Below, piece by piece: positions 63,881 through 64,000 of a stretch of 64,000 nt of DNA. The position numbers and the translations under genes are program-made. This DNA comes from Takakia lepidozioides (taxonomy: Eukaryota > Plantae > Bryophyta). Numbering within the stretch: the stretch's first letter is position 1; each line of letters opens with the position of its first letter. Under the pieces are notes generated by a model. It did no database searches, was not told the DNA's origin, and worked only from the letters and a program-made list of their open reading frames with translations. Location: contig CM060734.1 in assembly GCA_030704615.1 (NCBI GenBank), positions 12,462,001-12,526,000 of the forward strand, read 5' to 3'.

Positions 63881-64000
63881 GGGGGGATGCTAGAGTGTGA
63901 GCCTACCACGCGAGCCCAGGAGCCTGTGAGCCCAAGAGCCTGAAGTGAGCCCAGTCCACGTGGCACGAGAATGGGAGAAGATGGAGGGTGTATTTCCGCA
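63881..64000 (+). mobile_element. Start of a second copy of the 2770-4475 TIR element family
   Basis: Near-identical to 2770-2888. Confidence 0.75.

Overview
Repeat-rich eukaryotic DNA from a streptophyte plant. It contains an intron-bearing class III peroxidase and an uncoupling-protein remnant, and the element types suggest a non-seed plant (inference). Almost all of it is nested, decayed transposons. Main finding: a Ty3/gypsy LTR retrotransposon (about 29030-38787) whose pol carries a complete-motif C5-cytosine DNA methyltransferase (DNMT3-like order) between protease and RT, with an integrase ending in a PHD finger. Several more fragments of this family occur in the window (second DNMT copy, second integrase-PHD, extra LTRs). 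Second finding: fragments of a Pro/Thr/His-rich, probably non-LTR retroelement ORF that carry a chromodomain, a PCIF1/CAPAM-like methyltransferase-fold motif set and, in other fragments, 2A-like GDIHPNPGP motifs. The DNMT-gypsy LTRs abut these fragments twice. Also present: a composite hAT region with a convergent RING-H2 cargo gene, a MULE/SWIM transposase, chromovirus, gypsy and LINE remnants, tRNA-derived SINE-like pieces and several palindrome arrays. No clearly intact host gene was seen. All domain calls are by eye from translations, with no database searches, and many boundaries are approximate.
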